Source of the DNA: Octopus vulgaris
Lineage: Eukaryota
Assembly (NCBI GenBank): GCA_951406725.2
Contig: OX597816.1
Location: 20,336,001-20,400,000, forward strand
Direction: 5' to 3'
DNA: 64,000 nt
Made by a program: the position numbers and the translations under genes. Shown one piece after another: positions 27,680 to 40,320 of the stretch (positions are counted from its first letter, which is position 1; every line of letters starts with the position of its first letter). A model generated the notes under the pieces. The model had not been told where the DNA came from and searched no databases. It saw only the letters and a list, made by a program, of their open reading frames with translations.

Positions 27680-28570
27680 ACCAATAGAGTAGAAGACAGC
27701 GCTTGTATATGTGGCAGTAAATAATATTAATACTTGAAACCCAAATTCATTTTTGCCGTAAAACGGCAATAAAGCTATTGTTGACAGACAATGAGAAATA
27801 AAACTGAAAGATCAGGACATGAATACATGTTTTCTCTGCATCGCAAATGATATTTATTTGTAGATATATATCTATTGATATCCATACACACATACGTATG
27901 TGAGTATAATCGATTGATAAATATATATATATATATGCATGTACGCATGTACCAGTTTATATTTGTCCGAATATATATGGAGACACATTAATATGTATCT
28001 ACGTACGTAATTATAGGCGCAATATACCAGTGGTTAGGGCAGGGGACTCGCGGTCGGAGGATCGCAGTTTCGATTCCCAGACCGGGCGTTGTGTGTGTTT
28101 ATTGAGCGAAAACTCCTAAAGGTCCACGAGGCTCCGGCAGGGGGGGGGGCGACCCTTGTTGTACTCTTCCGCCCCAACTTTCTCTCAGCCTTTCTTCCTG
28201 TTTCTTGAGTAACGCTGAGATGGACTGGCGTCCCGTCCAGCTGGGGGAAACACATACGCCACTGAAACCGGGAAACCGGGCCCATGAGCCTGGCTAAGCT
28301 TGAAAAGGGCGCATTAAAAAATGTACGTAATTGTTTAAATACATTGCGAATACACACAAATGTTCACTTACGCAGTTATGTATTTGCATGGATATATTTG
28401 TATATAAAGTTTAAATATATGTTAATCTATAACGATATATACGGATGTACTTGTGTCGGTGTCTCTTCCTTTCAAATGGAATTAGTCTAATTAGTCTAAA
28501 GCGATGTTGTCCCAGTAATTAGTCTAAAGCGATGTTGTCCCAGTAAATTCATAATCTTGCGTGGCGGGAA
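27680..28570 (+). repeat. Local duplication block, copy 1 (paralog 39360-39960)
   Basis: gagtagaagacagcgc...gccgtaaaacggcaataaagctattgttgacagacaatgagaaataaaa shared at roughly 85-90% by eye; this copy carries an extra SINE C. Confidence 0.88.
28015..28318 (+). mobile_element. SINE family C head with an alternative 3' half
   Basis: Head cagtggttagggcaggggactcgcggtcggaggatcgcagtttcgattcccagaccgggcg; tail gatggactggcgtcccgtccagc...gaaaagggcgcattaaaaaa; TSD-like gtacgtaatt. Confidence 0.85.
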
Positions 28571-28912
28571 ATGCTTGTGTGCGTACATATGTGTAGGTGT
28601 CCGCGCGTGCGCAAATGCATATATACTCATACACGTCGTCAAAGATTCCGCTTCTTCCATCTAGACTGATGTCCAAGAACTATAATTGTGTGGGTTTCAC
28701 AACTGCTTAACATTCTGCCAAACATCAAAGAGGGGTTTTCAAAAGCATTTGGCCAAGTTTTATCGGATGTAACAGAAGGAATCGCATCGTCGCAGTAAGA
28801 GGAACCAAGAAGGGCATCCCCGTCCAGCTCGCTACTACACCATATACAGAAAAGAAACCTAAACTCACTGAAAGGCGGCGCTCCAGCACGGCCACAGCCC
28901 CTGGCTGAAACC

Positions 28913-29330
28913 GGTGGCTGTGTAGCAAGAAGCTTGCTTACCAACCACATAGTTCTGGTTTCAAAGTAATAAAATCACATAGTTCTGGTTTCAGCCCCAC
29001 TGCGTGGTACCTTGGGCAAGTGTCTTCTACTATAGCCTCGGGCCGACCAAAGCCTTGTGAGTAGGTTTGGTAGATGGAAACTGAAAGACGCCCGTCGTAT
29101 ATGAGTGTGTGTATGCGAATTTGTATGTCTGTATTTGTCCCTCCACCGTCGCTTGACGATCAATGCTAGAGCATTTACGCCCCATTACTTAACGGTTCGT
29201 CAAAAGAGACCGGTAAGAACAAGTAGTAGGCTTATAAAGAATAAGTCCCGGGGTCGATTTCTTCAACTAAAGGTAGTACCCCAGCATGGCCGCAGTGAAA
29301 TGATTGAAACACATGAAAAATAGAAGAAAA
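28913..29330 (+). mobile_element. SINE family A, diverged, with a duplicated head segment
   Basis: cacatagttctggtttca occurs twice (about 28946 and 28976); remainder collinear with family A. Confidence 0.82.
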
Positions 29331-29479
29331 GTAGAATGTGTGTGTGTGTGTGTGTGTTTGTGTGTTATAATTTAGAACAAACAGTAAGTTGTCATTATAA
29401 TACTCGGAGTTTCGAATGTCGGAGCGAAGAGCCGTTAACAGCCGATGAGAATGTATCGTAGTTCTTCGCTTCGACATTC

Positions 29480-29775
29480 GAAACTCGGCTCCCTGACATG
29501 CCTTCAAGAAGATTCAGATGTGAATATCAAGGAATTCGTACGACCTTACAAGCCCCATTTTTTGGTCTAATTTTTCCTCCGATTGTAATCTCATTGATTA
29601 CTATGTGGCACACGATTGAGAAAGACACCAACCGTTTTACTCGCAAAACCAAGGCTGAGCTGGTGGACAAGATCAAAGGAGTTTTCAAACATCTTCTCAG
29701 GGTTACAGTGAGATCTGCATACGCCTGCTTCTTGAGCAGTCTTGAGACCGTGATAGGAGCAGAGGCCACTTTGAG
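29480..29775 (+). pseudogene. Tc1/mariner maT (DD37D)-type transposase, C-terminal relic
   Basis: NSAP*HAFKKIQM*ISRNSYDLTSPIFW..SDCNLIDYYV..TIEKDTNRFTRKTKAELVDKIKGVF...LETVIGAE, matching the DSAPxH...SPDxNPLDYYVW pattern. Confidence 0.8.
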
Positions 29776-29977
29776 TGACCTTTTATCACCCAGAAATAAT
29801 TCAGTTCATAGTTTTTGATTTATTTAAATATTTTAATTGTCACAAGGATTATTTTGTTTACTTATCCGTTTATCCAAACTGTCCTGATTATCCCGAATAC
29901 CCAGTCCATATTTCCAAATTTTACTCTCTAAACAGTTTACATTCCTCAAAAGAGAGGTCATCGAACTATCGTTCAAT

Positions 29978-30870
29978 GGATATTTTAACACAGCTTTTGA
30001 TACCACTGGAATGTTGTAAGGGTGTTAACTGATATCTGCAAGCTATTGAATCAGTATTTAATTAACTGATCTCTTACTCTTTACAGGAGAGCAATGTCTC
30101 ATGTCATTTCATCTAATTACAGTTAAATCAGAGATTGCAAAATCTGTTATTGAATGAAGAACTAGCTTTATATTAGCATGTTCAATGTTGACTTGCGCTA
30201 TATTCTTACTTTCATACATGAATCATGGAAAAATATGGAATGCAATAGCTCTTGAATTGTTCGTAATAAACTGCGAAACAATTATTGTATTGTCACTGAA
30301 AGCGTTCGCTCTTAAAACAACCAGAACACATGTGGAACGCAGTAGGACAGAAGAAGCTTTAGGTAAAATATCAGTGCTGATATTAAATTAATCTGTTATA
30401 AAGTTCGTTTGTTTTGTAATATGTCTTCCACTTCTGATAAATATTTCATTGCCATACATCAAGCGGGTGGTGGACAAATATATTTATCTCGTAAAATAAG
30501 CATGATATTAGGATGGAAATTATAACAAAATATCACTACCATCCAGCTTCTTTTTTCATAGAAGGAAGGACGCAATATATAATGTGGTTCTAGACGAACT
30601 GTACTGAGAAAAAGACAAGATGGACACGGTTCAAAAGTCAAGTTCAATATTTATATTAGGCTAAACGATACTACAAATATACGTTGAAGCCATTAAGCAA
30701 CATTCTAGAAACAATAAGCTGTACAAAGTCTCGAGAAACGGCACATATTCCTTTAAGATAAACCCAATCTGCCACAGTTAATATGATCCTTGTGCTTCTC
30801 TACTGAAGTCAACTTCTCTTGCAGTCATTTGGAGTAGGTCACTGGTATAAGGTTAACTCTACAGTTGCAG
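29978..30870 (-). pseudogene. Degraded coding-like segment of unknown product, copy 2 (longest)
   Basis: Left part matches 41180-41240 and 41468-41700; right part matches 26150-26680; third-position-biased differences. Confidence 0.45.
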
Positions 30871-31587
30871 ATTTATCCTTTTCTTTCTACATCAGAATTG
30901 GCGGCCAGTCTCGATAATGGATGGGTGTTTCCCTGCTGACTAAGCCACAAACATTTTATTTTATAATTATTCTCTCAGAAGTTCTTGGATGTATTTCCAC
31001 AGAGCTAAAATTAAATCAAATTAAATCCAACACAGCTACATATAAACAACTGTTGTTGCTAACATGTTAATTTACTCTACACGCAATAATATCACTCGTA
31101 GAGAAGTATATAACTCGCCGATTCTATTTCCAGAATACAAAGGAAGTATTAATCAAATCACCAAACTAACAATTCCAAAATGCAAACATTCAAAGACCAC
31201 CAACAGATTGAAGCAATACAAATCCTAGCTACGCACACCAACACTACAGAAGACCATTACTGTATAATGCTATTCTCAATGCGCTTGCTCTCCCATCTGG
31301 AACAAACACAAAACACAAACACTCACCGAAATAGCTACAATATTAATTTCATATCTAGATTTAAAACATATACTGTTTTACTAAGCAATCATATTACATA
31401 AATAAAAAAAGAGAAATTAAATTTTCACGCAACAACATCAACTGCGTCTAAACTAACCACCTTTATTTCAATCACATCGTTGATTTTTAGACTCAGTTTC
31501 AATGTTTTCTTCATATTTTGGTGTACACAGGAACCAAAACACAACAAATCGTTTACTTAACACTCTGAAGCCTATTGAAATGAAAAT

Positions 31588-31744
31588 AGTGACTGTGTGG
31601 TAAGTAGCTTGCTTAAGAACCACAGGGTTCCGGGTTCAGTCCCGCTGCGTGGCATCTTGGACAAGTGTCTTCTAATATAGCCTCAAGCCGACCAAAGCCT
31701 TGTGAGTGGATTTGGTAGACGGAAACTGAAAGAAGCCCGTCATA

Positions 31745-31818
<74 letters not shown>

Positions 31819-32067
31819 GGTATGTATATGTATGTATGTATGTGTGCGTATAAGTTTGTGTGTCTGTGTTTGTTCCCCACCAAGGTCGCTTGACAACCGA
31901 TGCTGGTGTGTTTACGTCCCCGTAACGTAGTGGTTCGGCAAAAGAGACCGATAGAATAAGAACTAGGCATCCAAAGAATAACTCCTGGGATCGATTTGCT
32001 CGACTAAAGGCGGAGCTCCAACATGGCCACAGTCAAATGACTGAAACAAGTAAAAGAGTAAAAGAGA
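31588..32067 (+). mobile_element. SINE family A
   Basis: Head, internal microsatellite and gtaaaagagtaaaaga tail. Confidence 0.9.
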
Positions 32068-32133
32068 GAAATAAGTTCCAGCAAGGAAATATGGATCATA
32101 AGAACACAAGAATGTGTTACTTAATGTAGTAGT

Positions 32134-32318
32134 AGTTAGTTAGTTAGTTAGTTAATTTGGCTCAAATGCAAATAGCAAGGCCATGTAGGGGGACATGGAG
32201 TTAAGTACAGGGTAGTGTTCATGTAAAGTGTTCAGGCCACTTGAGGTCCAGGGAGGCTTTGAACAAAGCGGTCGTCGGCATCTTCACCATCTCGTCTGGC
32301 AGCTTGTTCCACGGATCC

Positions 32319-32319
<1 letters not shown>
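32134..32319 (-). mobile_element. CR1/L2-group LINE 3' end
   Basis: DPWNKLPDEMVKMPTTALFKASLDLKW (WNxLP...FKxxLD motif), short UTR, (TAAC)n tail; sits in (GTA)n. Confidence 0.75.
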
Positions 32320-32351
<32 letters not shown>

Positions 32352-32386
32352 ATTCTTTCGCTGCCTGAGATTTTGGGGTAGGGGTG

Positions 32387-32553
32387 CTAGTCGATTACAT
32401 CGACCACAGAGTTTGAATGGTACTGAATTTATCGACCCCGAAAGGATGAAAGGCAAAGACGACCTCGGCGGAATTTTAACTCAGAAAGTAGCGGCAGACG
32501 AAATACGGCTACGCATTTCGCCCGGCGTTCTAACGTTTCAGCCAGCTCGCTGC
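32387..32553 (-). mobile_element. SINE family B, partial
   Basis: ttatcgaccccgaaaggatgaaaggcaaag...gcatttcgcccggcg...gccagctcgc. Confidence 0.85.
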
Positions 32554-33645
32554 GTTGGGTGACTCTAATATTCTGTGCGTATAATCGGACGCGTGCGTGA
32601 AAATGTTTTATTTGTCGTTAACTGAAATGGGACACATGAATAAATTCATCCATTGACTTTACCTTCAAAATAAACAGAGAAAAATCAATAACATTGACAA
32701 GGTGAAGTTTACCTGACAGAAGAACTGTAATTGTTTTTTTTTTGTTTTTTTTTTGCAAACGTAAGTAATGGGGAAAAACATTAGAATGATTAAAATACTT
32801 GAACAGAATAACGCAATAACATAGATTATATCAGATTAAGAATTCTTTATAGTTTGTCAGGGCTTCATGTAACCAGCGGATACGGTGAATGTGGTTTATC
32901 GATAACAACCAGTTTGTATAAGTAATTTCGGGTCCTTTTTTTAAATATTTCTGAAACGGGGAGAAAATAAGAAAATAAAATTTGAAAGAAGTTGTGACAG
33001 ATGGAAAGAGAATAAGAAATAATTCCAATAATAAGATGTGTTTTGTTTCTATTATATAACGTTTTCGATTTATAAGACTGTGTTAGCTTATTTTAATATT
33101 TTTATTTGTTGCGTCTAGGTTTTTTAACGAAATGAAATGTTTTTGGAAGAAATACGACATAAAATCATTAAAATAAAATGGCCAATGACTTCGTTTCCGT
33201 AAGGATAATTCCAAGCTCTTATTTCCGTTTTAATTAATTATGAATAGCGATCAGACTAAACTATTTTTAAACTTTAGAAAAAATAATTCGCAAACTTAGT
33301 TTCAAGTAGGAATTGAGCAAGTGGTTATTCGATATGCAAAAAAAAAAAAATTGCAACACACAATCAATATGAGCTATCATCTTAAAAAGAAAGGATATAT
33401 TAGATAGTGTAATCTTAGATAAACTGTGCCAAGAAAAAAATCATTTTCTTGTTTAAGGCAAGCTATGAATTAATCATACGTCCGCCCGATCAGGTTTGAC
33501 CTAAGGCTAAACAACGGGAATGAATTTATTTAATTAGATATAAATATGAGAATATTGCAACGTTGATTCTTAAAGAGAAGATATTTTTAGGCCACGCTAA
33601 TTAACAAAATGAATTTGATTTCTAGCAAGAAATTACTTTATATCA

Positions 33646-33876
33646 CTCTTTACTCTTTTATTTGTTTCAGTCATTTGACTGCGGCCATGCTGGAGCACCA
33701 CCTTTAGTCGAGCAAATCGACCCCACGACTTATTCTCTGGAAGCCTAGTTCTTATTCTACCGGCCACTTTTGCCGAACCGCTAAGTTACGGTGACGTAAA
33801 CACACCAGCATCGATTGTCGAGCGACGTTGGGGGGACAAACACAGACACACAAACATATACATATATACACACACG

Positions 33877-33921
<45 letters not shown>

Positions 33922-34084
33922 GACGGGCTTCTCTCAGCTTCTGTCTACCAAATCCACTCACAAGGCTTTGGTCGGCCCGATACAATAGTAGAAGACACTT
34001 GCCCAAGGTGCCACGCAATGGGACTGAACCTGGAACCATGTGGTTGGTAAGCAAGCTACTCTTCACACAGCCACTCCTGCGCCT
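33646..34084 (-). mobile_element. SINE family A, full length
   Basis: Reverse complement of the complete element. Confidence 0.92.
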
Positions 34085-35095
34085 TAATTATATTAATTAT
34101 ATTAATTAGCATGAATATAAGGTTGAATATTTTGAATTGTAGCATTCGATTTCTCACATTGTAGAACGAGAATGTGGTTATAATTTTCTATACTTTTCTT
34201 GAATTGGTTCAACTGATGAATATGCTGCTTATTGAAAATTTCTGTAAGATAATAATTATAGACAAACATTGTAATTAAAAAAAAATTCGTGAGCAGAGTG
34301 AGTGGTAATGTGTGCGATTTACCTCACCCCTACTCCTCTACTCTACATAACCCCTTCACGCAACGTGGTGAAACGTGAGGAAAACTTTTGAGGTACAGTA
34401 GAGTAGGAGAAGAAATATAGAGCAAAGGCGCATAATCTTGGCATTTTAGGTGAGCAATGCCTACCTATAAAAGATGGTGCATTATCTTTATGTGAATTCT
34501 ATCCAAGCAGGTTCATTATTTAAACTTGATGCACTTTATTTTTAAAATGATATTACACATTCAGAAACAACGATGAAATTAGACTGAGGCATTATATATA
34601 GCTAATGCAAGATACAGCGTTTTTGTTTGTTTGGGGGGGGTTTTGTATCAATTTTGCAAAATTTATTTGTTCAGCGTGCTAGCACTCACACTTGCAACAA
34701 ACATCGTATGTCATTCCTGAAGACATTGATCCATTAGGTTGTGCATGGTAAAAGTCGTTTGGATCTTATTTGCCCATTTAATGCCATTCTACGACACATC
34801 GCATAGGCCTAGAAAGTATTTAGTTGAAGTTAAGATAATGGAATTGGAATTATATGTCAACGAAATGTCTGTGCCTGAAGATTTCATGGCCAAATGCGTA
34901 AGAATCCTAATTGTAAACTATAGAATTGATAGTTGCATAGGAAGTATTGACTTAATGCCTTAATTCTATTACTACAGACGGCACTAATATTTAGTAGAAA
35001 AGTTTGTACAAGGAAATTCACTGACTAACACTCTAAGTTTTGATCCCTATGATTGTAATAATACGTGATAGATGTGGCTGTACCAGAAGAGGTAT

Positions 35096-35528
35096 ACTTG
35101 TACTTATACTTGTGACGGCGTTCACCCGGGGTGGGTTGAGCCGGCTTCTTCTCTTGTCCTGACGACATCACGAACCATGGCGGCCCACGTTCGATGGTCC
35201 TGTGCGAGGTCACTGGAAATAGCAAGCCATTCGCGGTTCCATCTGCGCAGACCGACCACCTACGGACCTGAGAGTTCGGAGAGGTCATCCTTTATCGTCG
35301 TTGCCCAGGTCTTCAGCTGCCCGCCCGTGCGTTTGCTCCAGTTGGTAAGTGGAGGTGGGAGAGGGTCATCGCGAATTAGCTCACCCTCTGGACACCGGGC
35401 CGCATGACCAAACCACCTTAAGCACCGTTGTAAAAAGCACCGAAGAGAGGGGCCGGAAATTCAGGCGATGACGAAGACCGGCTGTAGGAACCCGATCAAT
35501 GCTTCGGTAGCGAAGAATGCGGAGGAGA
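35096..35528 (-). mobile_element. RTE-clade LINE 3' fragment with TSD
   Basis: LRWFGHAARCPEGELIRD...KRTGGQLKTWATTIKDDL...LAQDHRTWAAMVRD; (ACAAGT)n tail; TSD cagaag(a/g)ggtat at 35084-35095 and 35529-35540. Confidence 0.85.
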
Positions 35529-35548
35529 CAGAAGGGGTATGATTAGAT

Positions 35549-35782
35549 GAAGGCGGCGAGCTGGCAGAAACGTTAGCACGCCGGGCGAAATGCTTAGCGG
35601 TATTTCGTCTGCCGCTATGTTCTGAGTTCAAATTCCACCGAGGTCGACTTTGCCTTTCATCTTTTCAGGGTCGATTAAATAAGTACCAGTAACGCACTGG
35701 GGTCGATATAATCGACTTAATCCGTTTGTCTGTCCTTGTTTGTCCTCTCTGTGTTTAGCCCTTTGTGAATAGTAAAGAAAGA
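35549..35782 (+). mobile_element. SINE family B monomer
   Basis: Complete head to tail; flanks ggtat(g/a)attagat. Confidence 0.9.
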
Positions 35783-36394
35783 GGTATAATTAGATATCGG
35801 TTTCACATTTAACTTGGCATAGGAACTAGCTACATGCATACTAACATTCTTTGTCTTACAAGTTATAGTGTGATTTAAGAGAGAGACGGTGAGTTGTTTT
35901 CTATTTCTAGTAGCAGGAGCGACCGCGCACTATCTCTCCAATAACTCTCACATTTTCTGCAATCAATAACATAGATATATGTAATATAATACAGCGTAGT
36001 TCATTCACTCACCACCAAGGAAACTATCATTATTTGTATAATTAACCACATACTCACATGCAAAGAAAATAATATTATTTAAATGAGGAAATTGTAAAGC
36101 ATCCAAAAAATAATGAAAAGCAATTAAATGTGCACTGATTTGTTTAGTCTTGTAATTGACAAATATATAATCATTGCTAATTAAATTTACTTAGCGTAAA
36201 ATTTTTACTTATTATATGTGATGAAGTATATGAGGGTTGAAGGGCAACTAACTCAATTGTGAGACAAATCAAATAAATTATAGACTTACTGAGACTTTAT
36301 ACTAATGCCTGCAGCGAGAGGTTACTCTGTGCAGGTGTCCAACACTCAGCTGGTGGGGGTTAAACATTGATGTATTATGTTTACAACTTAATAA

Positions 36395-36640
36395 CAACAA
36401 CCATCGCAAAGCTGTGACACGAAGAGATGTTGATAAATCGGGTATAGCTGATCATGTATGGAAAAATGGAGACCACCTCCCCCTTGCGGGATGAAGTTAA
36501 AATGATAGACAGAGAACACCACTGGAAAATATGAAAACTAAAAGAAGCAGCACATATGCTAAGATACAACCTCCTAAGCAGACTGAGTGCAGATAAGAGT
36601 AGCATATGGGAACCAGAATTAAGGAAGGATAGAAAAATAT
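36395..36640 (+). pseudogene. PLE (Penelope/Poseidon-type) GIY-YIG C-terminal relic
   Basis: HRKAVTRRDVDKSGIADHVWKNGDHLPLRDEVKMIDREHHWKI*KLKEAAHM...SIWEP; typical KSxIAxH-W...E-W-KxKEA pattern. Confidence 0.8.
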
Positions 36641-36680
36641 TAGATTTATAAGCCCTAAAATTCACTCCATAATTGCCCAC

Positions 36681-36750
36681 GGACATATGACGTAGTGGTT
36701 AAGAGCGCGGGGTACTAACCCCAAGATTCCGAGTTCGATTCGTGGCCTGA
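36681..36750 (+). other. tRNA-like cassette (Pol III A/B boxes) in the 3' region of the PLE relic
   Basis: tgacgtagtggttaag (A box), ggg-gtACTaa-ccc anticodon-like arm, gagttcgattc (B box); no intact acceptor stem. Confidence 0.7.
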
Positions 36751-36820
36751 ACAATAATAATAATTATTATTATTATAAAATACCTTAGAAATGAGAACCC
36801 ATGTTCGAAATTTTCCCCAA

Positions 36821-36866
36821 GACACCTGAGGAAGGCTGGAGGGTATATCAGCCGAAACGTTGTGTT
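36821..36866 (+). ncRNA. Type I minimal hammerhead ribozyme motif
   Basis: gacac-CTGAGGA-a-ggctg-gagggtatat-cagcc-GAAA-cg-TT-gtgtt: stem I gacac/gtgtt, stem II ggctg/cagcc, palindromic AACGTT stem III. Confidence 0.7.
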
Positions 36867-37162
36867 AACAACAAACAAGATGAGGACAAATATCAGTTGA
36901 ATGTAAATAATGTAAAAAATTAACAGCAATCCATTCTAGATGTTTTTTTCTCGTTTCCATCTTCTCGATTACAAACCTTCACGTCAAAATCCCCTTTTTA
37001 TCATCCTTGTCATAGAATTCGCACTGATTCCTACGTTTAGTCCTTCCCAGAATTTCAGCGATCTGGTATTCCTACCCTACTCATGTGTTTCCCTGGAGTG
37101 TTGCCTTTAAGAATTTCATAAGGAAACATTAATTGATTATAATATTCTTACGGAAGAAAATG

Positions 37163-37246
37163 CTTTCTGCTATAGCCCTGGGCCGACCAGGGCTATAGTT
37201 TCCAATTTGGTGGACGGAAACTGAAAGTAGCCCGTCGTATATATAT

Positions 37247-37292
<46 letters not shown>

Positions 37293-37550
37293 TTACATAT
37301 ACATACATATCTATGAGTGTGTACGCGTGCAGATGTGTCACTGTGTGTGCGTTTGTCTCCAATACCTTGAAAACCAGTGTTACTTTGTGTATGTTCCTGT
37401 AACCTAATGGTTCGGCAATGGAGGTCAATAGAAGTAATAAGCCTTAAAAAACAATAAAAACTGAGTTCGATTCATTTGACTAAAATCCTTTCAAGATAAT
37501 GCCCCAGAATGGCCGCAGTTCAATGACCTGAAATAAACAAAATATAGAAG
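37163..37550 (+). mobile_element. SINE family A, old and 5'-truncated
   Basis: ttctgctatagccctgggccgacc...gacggaaactgaaag...ggttcggcaa...ggccgcagttcaatgac. Confidence 0.7.
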
Positions 37551-37979
37551 ATATGATTGTAACTGCGTTTACAGTTTGCTACCGTACTTCATTTTCAAAC
37601 ACATAAGAACTGCTTTTTTAATTTGACTGGAAAAGTACTAAAAACAGAAGCAAAATATGAATAAAAATTTAATATAAACATTTCATATAATTTGAAAATT
37701 TAATGAATTCGAAATATTATGGACAATAAAATATCAATATTTTTGACAATGCGAAGTATACCGAATATCGTTAATGCAGTACTTTTTTAAAAAACATATT
37801 GATAATAGAAATAAAGGATAGGGGTATTGCATTTGTTTGAAGAGAATAAAGTAATAATGTAGAAAATATTAAATTGGAAATATCTGTTCAGTGTGAGTCT
37901 CATGCAAGAAGCAGACATGATGATTTTAATGTAGTCACATGGAATAGAGGCGACATCAAGTAGAACGTTCATTTAAACT

Positions 37980-38362
37980 TGCACAGGGGCTGTGTGGTAA
38001 CCACTTGGTTCCGGGTTCAGTCCCACTGCGTGGCACCTTGGGCGGCAAGTGTCTTCTACTATAGCCTCGGGTCGACCAAAGGCTTGTGAGTGGATCTGGT
38101 AGACGGAAACTGAAAGAAGCCCGTCGTATATATGTATATATATATGTGTGTGTCTGTATGTTTGTGTGTCTGTTTTTGTTCCCACCCCCCATTATCGCTT
38201 GACAACCGATGCTGGTGTGTTTAAGTCCCCGTAACTTAGCGGTTCGGCAAAAGAGACTGATAGAATAAGTACTAGGCTTTCACAGAATAAGTTCCGGGGT
38301 CGATTTGCTCGACTAAAGGTGGTGCTCCAGCATGGCATGGCTGCAGTCAAATGACTGAAACA
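37980..38362 (+). mobile_element. SINE family A
   Basis: Collinear with the family, small indels. Confidence 0.9.
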
Positions 38363-38936
38363 CGAGTTTCATGAGGTACATTCCCCGGTTCCTAAACCAC
38401 TCTGTGTTTTGATGGAACCCTTCTTAAAATGTAACCCCAATCATTAGGCCCTTATATCACTTTACCATCGTTCAATACTATAGACTATATTTTAAAACCC
38501 TTAAGTATGTGTAAAATAGGTATTTTTAAATTAGATTCGCTGGACCCTACAGTACAGGCCATAATTCAGATAAAAATTCAAATGAAAAGTCACAAAAATA
38601 AAAATTAGAAAAGTACTCACACCTTCCTTCCCGTTACTTTAAACTATTATTTATTTAACATATTATCAAAAATAGTTAAGATGGGCCACGAAAGTACAAA
38701 AATGCATCATGGGAATATTACTTTTTTTTTATTTCGTATTATTCCGTATTATTCCGCCCATTCATATATATATATATATATATATATACACAATTACTTA
38801 CAACAAATAAAGGGTACTAAAGAGCATACAAGTTTATAAGCAATTATATTGACAGACGCTTTTCTGCAGAACTGTATAAAATATGTTTAATAATGTATAC
38901 ACCGATCGGTGTAAGTTTATAGGTATGTGAGTGCGA

Positions 38937-38988
<52 letters not shown>

Positions 38989-39245
38989 GTAAGTAATTTA
39001 ACAATGTTTTACATTTATAATGAAAATATTTTAGTCCTCTCATGTCAGTTTTTAAGTTTGGCAATAAATCTCAAGCAAAACGTAAGCACATCGTAAATAT
39101 TTATGCCTGTATGGGATATATGTACGTGTTTGTGTGCGTGTGTGTTTGTGTGTCTGTATCTGCGTGTGCATGTATGTATACACATATACACACATATATA
39201 TATATATAGATAGATATATACTTACATATATACATTCATATCTAC

Positions 39246-39281
<36 letters not shown>

Positions 39282-39359
39282 GTCTTTAAGGAGAGGAAGT
39301 GGATAGGTAGACAGAAGCAGAGGGAAAGAAATTCATGCATGAGTAATCATAGAATGAAG

Positions 39360-39960
39360 TCAATGGAGTAGAAGACAGCGCCTGTATATGTGGCGGTAAA
39401 TAATATTAAAATTTGAAACCCAAATTCATTTTCGCCGTAAAACGGCAATAAAGCTATTGTTGACAGACAATGAGAAATAAAATTGAAAGATCACAACATG
39501 AATACATGCTTTCTCTGTGTCGCAAATGATATTTATTTGTAGATATATGTATTGATATCCATACACACATATGTATATGAGTATAATCGTTTGATATATA
39601 TATATATTATATATATATGTGCATGTACGTATGTATCTATTTGTATTTGTCCGAATATGTAGGCATACATATTAATATATGTGTGCCTATGTATGTAATT
39701 CTTTAAATATATTTCTTTGAGTATATAACTGTTTAAATACATTGCGAATACACACAAATGCTCATTTATTCAGTTATGTATTTGTCTGGATATATTTGTA
39801 TATAAAGATTATACATAAATCTATTTTCCTATAAATATATGTACGTGTGTTTGTGTCGCTTTGTTTCAAATGGAAGAAAGAGCAATCATTCCAAAGTATA
39901 GATTCCATATTTTGTTTTGACGTTGTCTCAGTAAATTCATAATCTCACTTAGCGTGAAAA
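39360..39960 (+). repeat. Local duplication block, copy 2 (paralog 27680-28570)
   Basis: Same sequence as copy 1, without the SINE C insertion. Confidence 0.88.
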
Positions 39961-39974
39961 CCTGAGTAAGAGTG

Positions 39975-40276
39975 TATTGAGCCTGCGCAGTTGGAGATTT
40001 TCTGGTGCTTCTCTGACGAAAGGAACCTCTGCTACGACAAGTTGCACAACAAGAAAACAGCAGGCCGGTTGCCTACAGACTATGTGGTGTTTCAGGTATC
40101 ATGAACACTAGCTACTAACTATGTTGTGATGGTTTCTGGGTGTGTCTTCGAGTGATTTCATGTCATGCTACCCCACATCGTTGAAGAAGGCCTTTGGTAT
40201 CATGCGGACAGATACGTAAAGCTTGCTTCTGAGGACTGAAGTCAAACGGTTGCTGGAGCTAGTTGCTGCTGGCAGA

Positions 40277-40281
<5 letters not shown>
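39975..40281 (+). pseudogene. maT (DD37D)-type transposase catalytic-domain relic
   Basis: FWCFSDERNLCYDKLHNK...VMVSGCV..VMLPHIVEEGL...ELVAAGRPY; broken at a TA array. Confidence 0.8.

Positions 40282-40320
<39 letters not shown>

Noticed and set aside
28640-28860. Protein-looking stretch (LLNILPNIKEGFSKAFGQVLSDVTEG)
   Set aside because: Short, contains a stop, strand ambiguous, no family recognised.
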